NCBI GenBank assembly: GCA_045631485.1
Contig: JAZQUU010000026.1
Location: 3,063-67,062, forward strand
Reading direction: 5' to 3'
Source of the DNA: Clostridia bacterium
GTDB lineage: Bacteria; Bacillota; Clostridia; UMGS1840
DNA length: 64,000 nucleotides
Of this stretch, positions 51,080 to 61,384 are shown in pieces. The notes below the pieces were generated by a model. It saw nothing but the letters and a program-made list of their open reading frames with translations, did not search any database and was not told where the DNA came from. Both the position numbers and the translations under genes were made by a program. Each line of letters opens with the position of its first letter. Position 1 is the stretch's first letter.

Positions 51080-51922
51080 TTCCATCAGGAATACTTGCTT
51101 GTCATACGCTAAGAGACGTTGTTTTGCATTGTTTGCCGATTCCAAAGAATCAAAAATACCAAAAACAGAGGGGCCGCTTCCGCTCATTACGCTTCCTAAC
51201 GCACCTTCCTCCAACATCACAGCCTTAAGCTCTGCAATCAAAGGATGCTTCTTCACAGTAACTTCTTCCAGAACATTATACATTCTTCTGGCTATACCGG
51301 GCAAATCGCCTTGCTCCAACGCCTGAATCGCACCCGTTGTATCAGGATGCAGTTCCAGTTTTGAAGCTTGAAGAGCGGTAAAAACATCTTTGGTTGATAC
51401 ATTGATATGTCTGGGTTTAATCAACACAATCCAACAATGAGGCAATTTTTCCAGAACGCTCAAACGCTCACCGGTTCCTTCTGCCAGAGCAACTCCCCCT
51501 TGCAAGCAAAAAGGAATGTCTTTTCCTATGGTGTTACCCATTGTTTGCAATTGTTCCAAAGAAAGATTTGCTTCATACAATTCATTTAACCCGTGTAATA
51601 CCGATGCCGCATCCGTACTTCCGCCGGCAAGACCTGCACTGACAGGAATCTTTTTTTCAATCTGTATGTTTACCCCGCCCTCAATTTTCGTTTCTTCAAA
51701 AAAAAGTTGAGCCGCACGGAATGCAATATTCTTGTCATTATTCGGCAAAAAAGTCAAATTAGTACTGACAGAAATATGATCCTGCATGGTTAAAGTCAGT
51801 GTGTCGGACAGAGGAATTTCCGCCATTATCATTTTAAGGTCGTGATAACCGTCTTCCCGTTTCCCCAACACATCCAGGGTCAGATTGATTTTTGCATTGG
51901 CATATTTTGTCAATTTATTCAT
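51074..51922 (-). CDS. ispE: 4-(cytidine 5'-diphospho)-2-C-methyl-D-erythritol kinase
   Basis: AKINLTL, DGYH, KKIPVSAGLAGGSTDAA, MSGSGPSVF. Confidence 0.96.
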   Translation of the reverse strand: MNKLTKYANAKINLTLDVLGKREDGYHDLKMIMAEIPLSDTLTLTMQDHISVSTNLTFLPNNDKNIAFRAAQLFFEETKIEGGVNIQIEKKIPVSAGLAGGSTDAASVLHGLNELYEANLSLEQLQTMGNTIGKDIPFCLQGGVALAEGTGERLSVLEKLPHCWIVLIKPRHINVSTKDVFTALQASKLELHPDTTGAIQALEQGDLPGIARRMYNVLEEVTVKKHPLIAELKAVMLEEGALGSVMSGSGPSVFGIFDSLESANNAKQRLLAYDKQVFLMEV

Positions 51923-53102
51923 TGGATTTCAACTCCTCAATGGCTCTTTGCAACTGATTATCCTGAGATGGTTCCATCAAGAACACACTCATGGTCTGAT
52001 TTTCAATTGCCACTTCAATATCAGGTTTTAAACCGACTTTATGAATGTTCATTCCGCTTGGCAGAAAATATTCTCCCACAGTCAGAAGCACCGCACTTTC
52101 CGTGTCGATAGAAAAGCTCTGTCCCACAACACCTTTGCCGTAAGAATTCATACCAATCAATTTTGCACCGTTATTGTCCCGAAGTCCTCCTGCCAGAAGT
52201 TCTGCTGCACTTGCAGTTCCCTCATCAATCAAAACGCAGATGGGAATATCCACAAAATGCTCTGCATCGGAAGTTTCTTTTGTTTCGGAACCATCCGTAT
52301 ATTTAATGGAAACAATGGTTCCTTCCGGCATCAGATAATCGGAAACCGCAACCACGCTGTCTAAGGTGCCGCCCGAATTGGAACGCAAATCCAAAATCAG
52401 CCCTTTCATATTAGTTGAATCTAATTCTTCGAATTTGCTGATAAACTCACGGTCGGTTCCTACATCAAAACTTGAAATTCTGACGTAACCGATATTATCT
52501 TCCATCATTTTCACACGAACGGTTTCCACAGAAACCTCTGTGCGTACAAGCTCCATTGCTTTAATTTCTCCCTCTTTGGTGAGGATTTCCAGAGAAACAG
52601 ATTCACCGGGCAGTCCGCGAATCATCGCAACCGCTTCATCCATCATATCGCCGTTTACTGCTGTGTCCTGCACTTTGATGATACGGTCTCCCGTTTTGAT
52701 TCCTGCTTTTTGTGCAGCGGAACCGTCAAAGGAATTCATAACCGTCAGAAAATTTTGGTCATCCACCGTAATTTCCACGCCGATTCCAACATAATTCCCC
52801 TCAATTTCTTCGGTGAAGCCTACCAAATCATCACGGGAAATGTATCCTGAAAACGGGTCTCTTAAATGATTGACATATCCTGCCATCGCATAATCGAATG
52901 CTTCTACATCGTTAATATCATCCTGAAAATAAAAATTCTCGTGAATGAGTTCGCTGAGCTTTTTTATTTTTAAAGCCTGCGTTGTATAGTTACCTGCCGT
53001 GGAACCGCTTCTTTCGTGGAGAACACCGCCACAATATCCGCCAACACCGATTAACAGAGTCAGAACGATATATAAAATTCGTTTCATCCATGCATCTTTC
53101 AA
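51915..53102 (-). CDS. S41-family C-terminal processing protease (PDZ)
   Basis: GIGV PDZ, LDLRSNSGG, TASAAE, SYGKG. Confidence 0.93.
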   Translation of the reverse strand: MKDAWMKRILYIVLTLLIGVGGYCGGVLHERSGSTAGNYTTQALKIKKLSELIHENFYFQDDINDVEAFDYAMAGYVNHLRDPFSGYISRDDLVGFTEEIEGNYVGIGVEITVDDQNFLTVMNSFDGSAAQKAGIKTGDRIIKVQDTAVNGDMMDEAVAMIRGLPGESVSLEILTKEGEIKAMELVRTEVSVETVRVKMMEDNIGYVRISSFDVGTDREFISKFEELDSTNMKGLILDLRSNSGGTLDSVVAVSDYLMPEGTIVSIKYTDGSETKETSDAEHFVDIPICVLIDEGTASAAELLAGGLRDNNGAKLIGMNSYGKGVVGQSFSIDTESAVLLTVGEYFLPSGMNIHKVGLKPDIEVAIENQTMSVFLMEPSQDNQLQRAIEELKSNE

Positions 53103-53195
53103 AATTTTGCCTCATTTCATTTGAAATTTAAGGGTACCACAATCTGTGATACCCTCATCATAAAATATGTGACTGTAATCAAAATTATTTTCAGA

Positions 53196-54353
53196 TTACT
53201 GCAAATAATTGAGCGGATTTGTGGTTGCTCCGTTTATCATTACTTCAAAATGAAGATGCGGTCCCGTGGACCAACCGGTACTGCCAACTTTTGCTATGGT
53301 CTGACCTCGTTTTACCACCGCACCTTTGGAAACCAAGTTGGAAGAATGGTGCCCGTAAAGTGTGGTAATTCCGCTGCCGTGGTCAATAACAATATAGTTT
53401 CCGTATGCACTGGAATAACCGGAAATAATGACGGTTCCGTCTGCAGCTGCCACAACAGATGCACCGCTGGGAGCCCCAATATCAATACCGGTATGCAGTT
53501 TATACACTTTCAATACGGGATGCAAACGATTTCCGTAATATGAGGTAATTGTCTGATATCCCGGTGCAGGCCATTGCATAACACCACCGGAATATTTCGC
53601 ACCGGAACTGCTCGAGGAAGAGGATGATAAAGAACGGATTTGTGCCTGAATATTGGCACTTTCTTTTTCAAACTTCTCATATTCTTTGGCATATTTATTG
53701 ATATCTGTCTGAAGCTGAGCAAGTATGCCGGAATTTTCGTCAATTAAGGACTGCAGGTTCTTTTTTTCTTTATCTGCTTTTTCTTTTACAACCAACAATT
53801 CTGCTTTCTTTTCGTCTAAAACAGTCTTCGCTTCTTCAACCTTTGCTTTTCTGTTCACAATGTCGGAAATAATCTGTTGGTCATAAACTGCAATTTGTTC
53901 AATCATATCCAAACGATAGAAAAAGTCTGCCAGATCACCGCTGGATAAGAGGATGTCCAAATAAGAGGTAGAGCTCTCCTCGTACAAGGATCTCATTCGC
54001 AATTTATAAAGCTCTCTGTTTTCCTCTTCCTCTTCTGTTAAACGGGTAATTTCATCTTCTTTTGACCGAATTTCAGACTCCAATGCAGACACCTTGTCAT
54101 TTAACGTTTTTACACGTGCGGCAACCTCTGCCATTTGAGCATCCAGCTCCCGTTTCACTTCATCGTAGGTTGCTTTTTTATTCTTCGCCTGATTCATTTT
54201 TGCCTGAGCATCGTTTGCTTTCTGCTGTGCACTCTGCTGCTGCTTCTGCAAATCAGATTTCTGATCTGCCATTACAAGTGTGGAAGACAACACCACAGAA
54301 CAAAGCACAAAAAAACATAAAACCAAAGATAAAATTTTATTTCTTGTTGTCAT
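53196..54353 (-). CDS. Coiled-coil M23 peptidase (EnvC/CwlO-like, FtsEX-associated)
   Basis: Signal peptide, long coiled coil, Ser linker, intact HTGID and HLH Zn motifs. Confidence 0.92.
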   Translation of the reverse strand: MTTRNKILSLVLCFFVLCSVVLSSTLVMADQKSDLQKQQQSAQQKANDAQAKMNQAKNKKATYDEVKRELDAQMAEVAARVKTLNDKVSALESEIRSKEDEITRLTEEEEENRELYKLRMRSLYEESSTSYLDILLSSGDLADFFYRLDMIEQIAVYDQQIISDIVNRKAKVEEAKTVLDEKKAELLVVKEKADKEKKNLQSLIDENSGILAQLQTDINKYAKEYEKFEKESANIQAQIRSLSSSSSSSSGAKYSGGVMQWPAPGYQTITSYYGNRLHPVLKVYKLHTGIDIGAPSGASVVAAADGTVIISGYSSAYGNYIVIDHGSGITTLYGHHSSNLVSKGAVVKRGQTIAKVGSTGWSTGPHLHFEVMINGATTNPLNYLQ

Positions 54354-54392
54354 TTGATTTTCCTTTCCTGAAAATATCCGTCTGCAACGACA

Positions 54393-54602
54393 TCAAAGTG
54401 ATGCCATAAAATTAGAAAATAACGGAATCAGAATCAGCATAAAAAGAACTACGCCTGCCATACACAACAACATAAAAGTACGTTCATTTTTGTTGTATGC
54501 CCGGCGTTCGTTCGAATAATGTTTTCGACGGTAGCTATGACGATGTCTATGATGGTGAGAATGTGAGTGAGAATGATGAGTTCTTCGTTGATTATTATCC
54601 AT
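54393..54602 (-). CDS. Small His/Arg-rich single-pass membrane protein
   Basis: 69-aa ORF filling the ftsX-M23 gap; HHSHSHSHHHRHRH tract then a C-terminal TM helix. Confidence 0.55.
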   Translation of the reverse strand: MDNNQRRTHHSHSHSHHHRHRHSYRRKHYSNERRAYNKNERTFMLLCMAGVVLFMLILIPLFSNFMASL

Positions 54603-54651
54603 AGTTTACTTTTTATTCCTCGCGTGGTTAGAAAGAATGTTGCTGATATGA

Positions 54652-55533
54652 TTATACTTTTACATGTTTATTCACGGCAACTGCTGCGCCCAATGCACTG
54701 ATTAATGTTCCGTAAATGCAGTTAATCAACAATAGTTGCCAGAAAAGCATCATCGGTTGAATGAGGTAAACGCCCTGCATTACCTGATAGATGCGGGGAT
54801 ACAACAGATGGTATCCGTAAAAGAGCAATAAACTGGACAGTACTGCCCCGATTAAGCCAACCAAAATCCCCTCAATCACAAAGGGAGCCTTTACAAAGCC
54901 ATTGGTCGCACCCACATATTTCATAATATTGATATGCTTTCTGCGGGAAAAGACCGACACGTTAATGATATTGGAAATAATGCTTAAGCAAAGCAATGCC
55001 AATGCAATATAAATAATCGCACTGTATAAATTGATATTTCTTTTGGCAGCAACCAATTGCTGAGATGTTTCAAGATTGTCGGAAATAGCATCCACTTCCG
55101 AAATCAAACGGATTTCATCCATAATATAATCTGCCTGATCCAGATTGGTTACGGTAACCTCAAATCTGTTCCGACAAAAATTATCTTCTTCGGTTAATCC
55201 TTTTAATAAGGGATCGTCTCCCACGGTTTCTTTAAATTCACGGAACGCATCGGTTTTCGATACAAAATTGGCGGTATCAACCATAGCAATTCCTTTAATT
55301 CGTTGACCGATTTCTTCCAGTTCCTCGTCGGGAACGGTATCCCTGATATACACATTAAATACAAAGTTGTTGTTTAACTGATCGGAAACATGCACCAGAT
55401 TAAAGGATACAATCTGAATAAATCCGGTTACGATAAGAGATACCACAATGGTGATAACCGTCATAAAGGTGACGGTTTTATTGGAGGCTAAATTGGAGAG
55501 TGCTTCCTTGAAAAAATAACTAAAGTTTTTCAT
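54652..55533 (-). CDS. ftsX: Cell division permease FtsX
   Basis: 4-TM topology, IMKYVGAT..FVKAPFVIEG; ATG 55533 overlaps the ftsE end. Confidence 0.92.
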   Translation of the reverse strand: MKNFSYFFKEALSNLASNKTVTFMTVITIVVSLIVTGFIQIVSFNLVHVSDQLNNNFVFNVYIRDTVPDEELEEIGQRIKGIAMVDTANFVSKTDAFREFKETVGDDPLLKGLTEEDNFCRNRFEVTVTNLDQADYIMDEIRLISEVDAISDNLETSQQLVAAKRNINLYSAIIYIALALLCLSIISNIINVSVFSRRKHINIMKYVGATNGFVKAPFVIEGILVGLIGAVLSSLLLFYGYHLLYPRIYQVMQGVYLIQPMMLFWQLLLINCIYGTLISALGAAVAVNKHVKV

Positions 55534-56215
55534 GCTCGCCGTAGCCCCCTCTCTCATCATCTCTGATAATGTTTCCGCCGCCAACGGCAATTACACGCTT
55601 ATGCATTCTGTTTACGATATCTTTATCGTGGGTAGCAACGATAATGGTTGTACCGCTGCGATTGATTTCTTCCAGATACTCCATAATTTCTTTGGAGGTT
55701 TCGGGGTCTAAGTTGCCTGTGGGTTCATCGGCAATAATCAGATTCGGATTGTTTGCCAATGCTCTGGCAATGGCAACACGCTGCTGCTCTCCGCCGGAAA
55801 GCTCGTCCGGATAGAAATGCGCTTTCTGGGATAACCCCACTCTTCCAAGCACATCGGGAGCGCGTCTTCTGATCTGACGATTGGTAGCACCAACCACTTT
55901 CATGGCAAATGCCACGTTATCTATCACAGTTTTGGTATCCAACAGACGAAAATCCTGGAACACCATACCAAGAGTTCTTCTGTAATAGGGAATCTCTTTT
56001 CTGGTTAACTTGGTAACATTGATATCGTTGATAATGATTTCACCGGAGGTTGCCTGCTCTTCCGCAGTGATCAGTTTAATCAAAGTGGACTTTCCCGCAC
56101 CACTGTGACCAACCAAAAAAACAAACTCCCCTTTTTCAATATCCAGATTCACATTTTCCAATGCGGTTACATTGGTATTTTCATAGGTTTTGGTAACGTT
56201 TTTAAATTGTAACAC
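55520..56215 (-). CDS. ftsE: Cell division ATP-binding protein FtsE
   Basis: [33 protein letters not shown]. Confidence 0.95.
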   Translation of the reverse strand: MLQFKNVTKTYENTNVTALENVNLDIEKGEFVFLVGHSGAGKSTLIKLITAEEQATSGEIIINDINVTKLTRKEIPYYRRTLGMVFQDFRLLDTKTVIDNVAFAMKVVGATNRQIRRRAPDVLGRVGLSQKAHFYPDELSGGEQQRVAIARALANNPNLIIADEPTGNLDPETSKEIMEYLEEINRSGTTIIVATHDKDIVNRMHKRVIAVGGGNIIRDDERGGYGEHEKL

Positions 56216-56226
56216 TACTTTGCACC

Positions 56227-57312
56227 TCAGATTTTCATCACATTTGCAGAAAGATATTTTTTCACCATCATGGCAACTTTGAAGATGATTGCATCATCAA
56301 ACTCTCTTAAATCCAATCCGGTTAATTTCTGAATTTTATCCAAACGATATACCAAAGTGTTTCTGTGAATAAACAATTTTCTTGAGGTTTCGGAAATATT
56401 TAAGCTGTTATCAAAGAATTTCTGAATGGTCATCAGAGTTTCGGAATCCAGTTTATCAATGGAATCTTTTTTGAATACTTCATCCAAAAACATCTGGCAG
56501 AGTTTTACGGGTAACTGATAAATCAAACGACCGATACCCAAGGATTCATAATTTAAAATTTCTTTTTCTGCATCAAACACGCGACCGATTTCCAAAGCAA
56601 CCTGCGCTTCACGATAGGATGCTGCAACATCTCTTAAGGTGGATGCCACAGAACCGATTCCAACGCAAATGTTGATCATCGCTTCCGCACGAACGGTATC
56701 AATGATGGTGGAAACCAAAGCTTCTTGTTTCTTTGCGGAACGGTCTGATTCTGCAACTTCAACAATAACCGCAATATTCTTTTCATCCAGAGAAATCACA
56801 AACTGTTTGCCTTTTTCGGGGAACATACCATTTAAAATTTCGGCAACATTGCCTTCATCCTGTACAGGAAGATTCACCAAATAAACTGTTCTGGGAACTT
56901 CATAAGAAAGCTTTAATTCCTTGGAACGGGCATACACTTCTCCGGGAAGAACGCTGTCTAAAAGAATATTTTTCAAGAAGTTTCCCGCATCGTATTTTTC
57001 TTCATAGAAATGCTTGATATTAGAAAAAGTTGCAGCCAACATCTGTGCATATTTCTTTGCCATCTCGGAATCAGATTCCACATAGATACAAAATTCCAGC
57101 TTGGAACGAACAAAAATCGGCTTATAGGTAACTCCGCCCTCAACAATCACGGAGCCGTCACTTAAAAGCTCCAGGTCAATTGGAAAATGTTTGCCCATCG
57201 TCATATTATTGGAGCCGGCAATCACAATACTGTTTTCATCCAGCACCCCAAACGGATATTCAACAATTCCAACGAACTGATATACGGCATTCTGAAAATG
57301 TTTATGAATCAT
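56227..57312 (-). CDS. CdaR/PucR-family transcriptional regulator
   Basis: C-terminal LNISETSRKLFIHRNTLVYRLDKI HTH. Confidence 0.92.
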   Translation of the reverse strand: MIHKHFQNAVYQFVGIVEYPFGVLDENSIVIAGSNNMTMGKHFPIDLELLSDGSVIVEGGVTYKPIFVRSKLEFCIYVESDSEMAKKYAQMLAATFSNIKHFYEEKYDAGNFLKNILLDSVLPGEVYARSKELKLSYEVPRTVYLVNLPVQDEGNVAEILNGMFPEKGKQFVISLDEKNIAVIVEVAESDRSAKKQEALVSTIIDTVRAEAMINICVGIGSVASTLRDVAASYREAQVALEIGRVFDAEKEILNYESLGIGRLIYQLPVKLCQMFLDEVFKKDSIDKLDSETLMTIQKFFDNSLNISETSRKLFIHRNTLVYRLDKIQKLTGLDLREFDDAIIFKVAMMVKKYLSANVMKI

Positions 57313-57463
57313 ACTGTACCACCCTATCTTCTTTCTTCACGCAATTTTTCTTAAATATTGAAACAACGTGTGGTTTATCCAAAAATTTTTCACATAACAT
57401 TGTAACATAAAAATACGAAAAAATCAAGTTTTTTTACATATATTTATAAATATATTTATAATC

Positions 57464-58132
57464 TTACACAATTTTTTCCAGTTCTTCCACCATTTTCTGA
57501 ATTTCGGGAGCATTATCACCACCGCCCCGGGCATTCAAAACACCTCTGAGACGGAATAATTCTTTCGCAAAATATTGTTTGGTTAAATCATCACTTTTGC
57601 CAAGCAGCTTTCTGCCCAACAAGTAACTGATTTCATCACAATTCGGTTCTTTCCCCGCAGAAACCGAAAGTGCCACATAAAATCGTCTGTCCTCCACGGC
57701 AATTCTTTCGTCGTTGATAACAAATCCGTTCTCCGCCAAAAAGCTTCGTAAAACAGGAATTTCACTCTGCGGTTGCAAAACCATATATTTCGCACGACGG
57801 GCAATTTCGATATCATTCTCTAAAATTTGCGCAATGAGACGCCCTCCCATTCCGCAAATGGATATCACATCAAAATCAATGTCGGAAAGTTCGTGCAAAC
57901 CATCACTTTTTATGGTTTGAATCTGCTCTTTCATCCGGTAAGCCACAATATTTTTGGAAGCCGTTTTTAACGGACCGTCCCGCAAATCACAGGCATAAGC
58001 TTTTTTTATTTTTTTGTTTTGCAATAAATAAATGGGCAGGTATCCGTGATCACAACCGATATCACATAAAATCTCCGGTTCACCTATCATTTCTGCCACG
58101 GTTTTTAACCGTTCTGTAATCGGAATATGCAT
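57464..58132 (-). CDS. trmK: tRNA (adenine(22)-N1)-methyltransferase
   Basis: DIGCDHGYLP, SDGL, ICGMGG, LQPQS; ATG 58132 after GGAG. Confidence 0.92.
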   Translation of the reverse strand: MHIPITERLKTVAEMIGEPEILCDIGCDHGYLPIYLLQNKKIKKAYACDLRDGPLKTASKNIVAYRMKEQIQTIKSDGLHELSDIDFDVISICGMGGRLIAQILENDIEIARRAKYMVLQPQSEIPVLRSFLAENGFVINDERIAVEDRRFYVALSVSAGKEPNCDEISYLLGRKLLGKSDDLTKQYFAKELFRLRGVLNARGGGDNAPEIQKMVEELEKIV

Positions 58133-58336
58133 AAAATTTTCTCCAAATTGCTGTATTTTTTCTATACACATTATATCATAAAAGAATTTTTTTGTCAAAT
58201 TATAAAGAAAAAAGAAAAAAATCTCACAAAAATTTATAAAAATGCAAAAATATGGTTGATTTTTCAAAAAGAATATGCTAAAATGTAAAGGCATATTATA
58301 TAGAAAAAATTTTTTATGCAAAAGGAGATTTTAACT

Positions 58337-59107
58337 ATGAAAAAAATCATGCAAGTTCTGGCATTGGTTCTCTGTGCATTACTGCTCTTCACCGGATGCC
58401 AGTCCGCTACCAACGGTCCTGCCGAAAAAGAAAAATTAGTAATCGGCTACACCATTTATGAACCCATGAACTACTTAGATGAAAACGGCGAATTAACCGG
58501 TTTTGATACCGAATTTGCAAACGCTGTTTGCGAAAAATTAGGTATGACTCCCGAATTCGTAGAAATCAACTGGGATACCAAATTTGTTGCTCTGGATGCT
58601 AACCAGTTTGACTGTATCTGGAACGGTATGACCATTTCCGATGAAGTAAAAGCAAACTGTCTGGTTTCCAAAGCATACGTTAAAAATGCTCAGGTTGTTG
58701 TAATGGCAAAAGATAAAATTGCCGATTACACCACCGTTGAAAGCTTAAAAGGTTTAAAATTTGCTGCTGAAGCAGGTTCCGCAGGTGAACAGGCAATCAA
58801 AGATAACGGCTTAGATGCAAACTATGCTCCTGTTGCTGCTCAGACCGATGCTTTAATGGCAGTAGCTGCAGGCCAGGCTGATGCTTGTGTAATCGATATC
58901 ACTATGGCTAAAGCTTCCACCGCTGAAGGAACCAGCTATGCAGACTACACCTATGGTGTGGAACTGACCGCTGAAGAATATGGTATCGGCTTCAGAAAAG
59001 CAGACACCGCGCTTTTAGAATCTGTTAACACCGCAATTGATGAGTTGGTTGCAGACGGCACCTTACCCGCTCTGGCTGAAAAATACGAACTGAACCTGGC
59101 GTTCTAA
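58337..59107 (+). CDS. Polar amino-acid ABC transporter substrate-binding lipoprotein
   Basis: Lipobox FTGC, GFDTE, IWNGMT, EEYGIGFRK; ATG 58337 after AAGGAG. Confidence 0.93.
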   Translation: MKKIMQVLALVLCALLLFTGCQSATNGPAEKEKLVIGYTIYEPMNYLDENGELTGFDTEFANAVCEKLGMTPEFVEINWDTKFVALDANQFDCIWNGMTISDEVKANCLVSKAYVKNAQVVVMAKDKIADYTTVESLKGLKFAAEAGSAGEQAIKDNGLDANYAPVAAQTDALMAVAAGQADACVIDITMAKASTAEGTSYADYTYGVELTAEEYGIGFRKADTALLESVNTAIDELVADGTLPALAEKYELNLAF

Positions 59108-59127
59108 TTTGAAATATTCAAAATAGC

Positions 59128-59163
59128 AAAAAGGGTTGTGACATTTTTGAAACAACCCTTTTT
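59128..59163 (+). terminator. Intra-operon terminator/stabiliser after the SBP gene
   Basis: AAAAAGGGTTGT...ACAACCCTTTTT. Confidence 0.6.
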
Positions 59164-59182
59164 CGTAAGTTAAGAGGTTTTT

Positions 59183-59830
59183 ATGCAACTTTTTTTAAAG
59201 GTTACTATGAGCCTTTTGGAGGGCTTTGTAACAACACTGAAAATATTCGGATTAACACTTGTGATGGCACTTCCGTTGGGATTGATTATTTCCTTCGGTT
59301 CCATGAGTAAGCTAAAAATTATTAAATATCCAATTAAAACCCTGATTTGGATTATCCGAGGAACTCCCTTAATGCTGCAGCTGATTGCCTTCGGCTTTGG
59401 ACCCGGCTTATTGGGTGTGAAGGGCGTGAATCTGTTTTATGCAGTAATGTTCGCATTTGTGTTGAACTATTCCTGCTATTTTGCAGAAATATTCAGAGGC
59501 AGTATCGAAAGTATCCCCAAAGGACAATACGAAGCAGGTGCTGTGCTTGGCTTAACCAAACGACAGGTATTTTTCAAAATTATTTTGATGCAGGTGGTAA
59601 AAAGAATTATTGCTCCCATGAGCAACGAGTTTTTAACTCTGGTAAAAGATACCTCCCTTGCCAACACCATTATGATTTACGAAATTACATGGAATGCAAA
59701 ACGAATGATGAATGCGGAGCATATCCTTTGGCCCCTATTTTACTCGGGTGCATTCTATCTCGCATTCTGCGGAATTTTAACCCTTCTGTTCGGATATATT
59801 GAAAAGAAACTCAGCTACTATAAAGTGTAA
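59183..59830 (+). CDS. Amino-acid ABC transporter permease
   Basis: RGTPLMLQL, AEIFRGSIESIPKGQYEA, LVKDTSL. Confidence 0.95.
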   Translation: MQLFLKVTMSLLEGFVTTLKIFGLTLVMALPLGLIISFGSMSKLKIIKYPIKTLIWIIRGTPLMLQLIAFGFGPGLLGVKGVNLFYAVMFAFVLNYSCYFAEIFRGSIESIPKGQYEAGAVLGLTKRQVFFKIILMQVVKRIIAPMSNEFLTLVKDTSLANTIMIYEITWNAKRMMNAEHILWPLFYSGAFYLAFCGILTLLFGYIEKKLSYYKV

Positions 59831-59845
59831 GAAAGCAGGTTCCTT

Positions 59846-60592
59846 ATGTTAGAAGTAAACAATCTTATGAAAAGCTTCGGAAAAACCGAGGTCTTAAAGG
59901 GAGTCAGCTTCTCCATCAAAAAAGGTGAAGTACTCTCCATCATCGGTTCCTCCGGCGGCGGTAAAACTACCCTGCTGCGTTGCTTGAATTTTCTGGAATT
60001 TGCAGAAAAAGGAACAATTTCAGTCAACGGTAAGGAAATTTATAACGGTGAACAAAAGGATAAAATGAACGAACAATACATCCGTGAAATGCGTCTGCAT
60101 TTTGGATTGGTGTTTCAATCCTTTAATCTGTTTCCCCAATACACGGTGCTAAAAAACATCACGCTGGCACCCACCCTTTTAAAAGTGGACACGCCCGAAA
60201 ACATTGAAAAGAAAGCATTGGAACTCATTGAAAAAGTTGGTCTTTCCAGCAAAGTCAATAACTATCCTTGCGAACTTTCCGGCGGTCAGCAACAACGTGT
60301 TGCCATTGCAAGAGCCTTGGCATTAAATCCCGATATTTTATGTTTTGATGAGCCCACTTCTGCTTTAGACCCGGAATTAACCGGTGAAGTTTTAAAAGTA
60401 ATCAAGCAGCTTGCGGACCAAAACACAACGATGGTCATTGTTACTCACGAAATGTCTTTTGCAAGAGATGTTTCCGATAAAGTAATTTTTATTGATAACG
60501 GTGTGATTGTGGAACAAGGAACTCCCGAAGAAGTCTTTGACAATCCCAAAAGTGAGCGTCTGCACGCTTTCCTACAAAGCTATCATACTTAA
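59846..60592 (+). CDS. Amino-acid ABC transporter ATP-binding protein
   Basis: [32 protein letters not shown]. Confidence 0.96.
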   Translation: MLEVNNLMKSFGKTEVLKGVSFSIKKGEVLSIIGSSGGGKTTLLRCLNFLEFAEKGTISVNGKEIYNGEQKDKMNEQYIREMRLHFGLVFQSFNLFPQYTVLKNITLAPTLLKVDTPENIEKKALELIEKVGLSSKVNNYPCELSGGQQQRVAIARALALNPDILCFDEPTSALDPELTGEVLKVIKQLADQNTTMVIVTHEMSFARDVSDKVIFIDNGVIVEQGTPEEVFDNPKSERLHAFLQSYHT

Positions 60593-60600
60593 AAAAAAGA

Positions 60601-60630
60601 AAAAAGGATATACGCTGTATATCCTTTTTT
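60601..60630 (+). terminator. Terminator after the ABC operon
   Basis: AAAAAGGATATAC-gct-GTATATCCTTTTT. Confidence 0.75.
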
Positions 60631-60662
60631 CATCCAATTTTAACGGAAAGGTATCCGCTGAT

Positions 60663-61328
60663 ATGAATCAAAATCTTCAACAACTTTTAGATAAAATGGA
60701 ATATGCGATTTTTGATTTAGACGGTACTCTGTTGGATTCTATGCCAATCTGGGTAAATCTGGGAGAAACTGTTCTAAAATCTCTGGGAATCATCCCTGAT
60801 GAAGAAACAACCGCACGGTTTCGCACAATGACTCTGACGCAATCGTCTTACTATATCAAAGAACATTTTCCGCTTAAAATCAGCGCAGAAGAATTACTGC
60901 AGCTATTTACCGATACTGTGCGCAAGGGATACGAAGAAGAGGCTCCCTTAAAGCCTTATGCAATGGAATTTTTACAACTGTTGCAAGCACGAAATATTCC
61001 CTTCTGTGTTGCAACCGCTTCGGAACGCCATTTAACAGAGGCTGCACTCAAACGAACAGGTGTTATGCCTTATCTGAAATTTGTTATCACCTGCTCAGAT
61101 ATCGGAAAAACCAAAGAAACGCCGGATATTTATATAGAAGCAATGAAAAAGCTTGGCGGCAAACTTGAAAACACCGTGGTGTTTGAAGATTCCTACTTTT
61201 CCGTTTTATCTGCTAAAAAAGGCGGATTCCCCGTGATTGCAATGTATGATGACTGTGCAAAAAAAGAACAAGAAGCAATCAAAAAAGTTGCTGACAATTA
61301 TCTGAAATCATTTCAAGAAATTCTGTAA
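60663..61328 (+). CDS. HAD-family phosphatase
   Basis: FDLDGTLLDS, ATAS, K..PDIY, FEDS; likely start ATG 60663. Confidence 0.9.
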   Translation: MNQNLQQLLDKMEYAIFDLDGTLLDSMPIWVNLGETVLKSLGIIPDEETTARFRTMTLTQSSYYIKEHFPLKISAEELLQLFTDTVRKGYEEEAPLKPYAMEFLQLLQARNIPFCVATASERHLTEAALKRTGVMPYLKFVITCSDIGKTKETPDIYIEAMKKLGGKLENTVVFEDSYFSVLSAKKGGFPVIAMYDDCAKKEQEAIKKVADNYLKSFQEIL

Positions 61329-61330
61329 AC

Positions 61331-61371
61331 AAAAATACCGATGAACCCTTTTGGATTCATCGGTATTTTTT
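61331..61371. terminator. Bidirectional terminator
   Basis: AAAAATACCGATGAA...TTCATCGGTATTTTT. Confidence 0.8.
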
Positions 61372-61384
61372 TATTTTTATTTCA

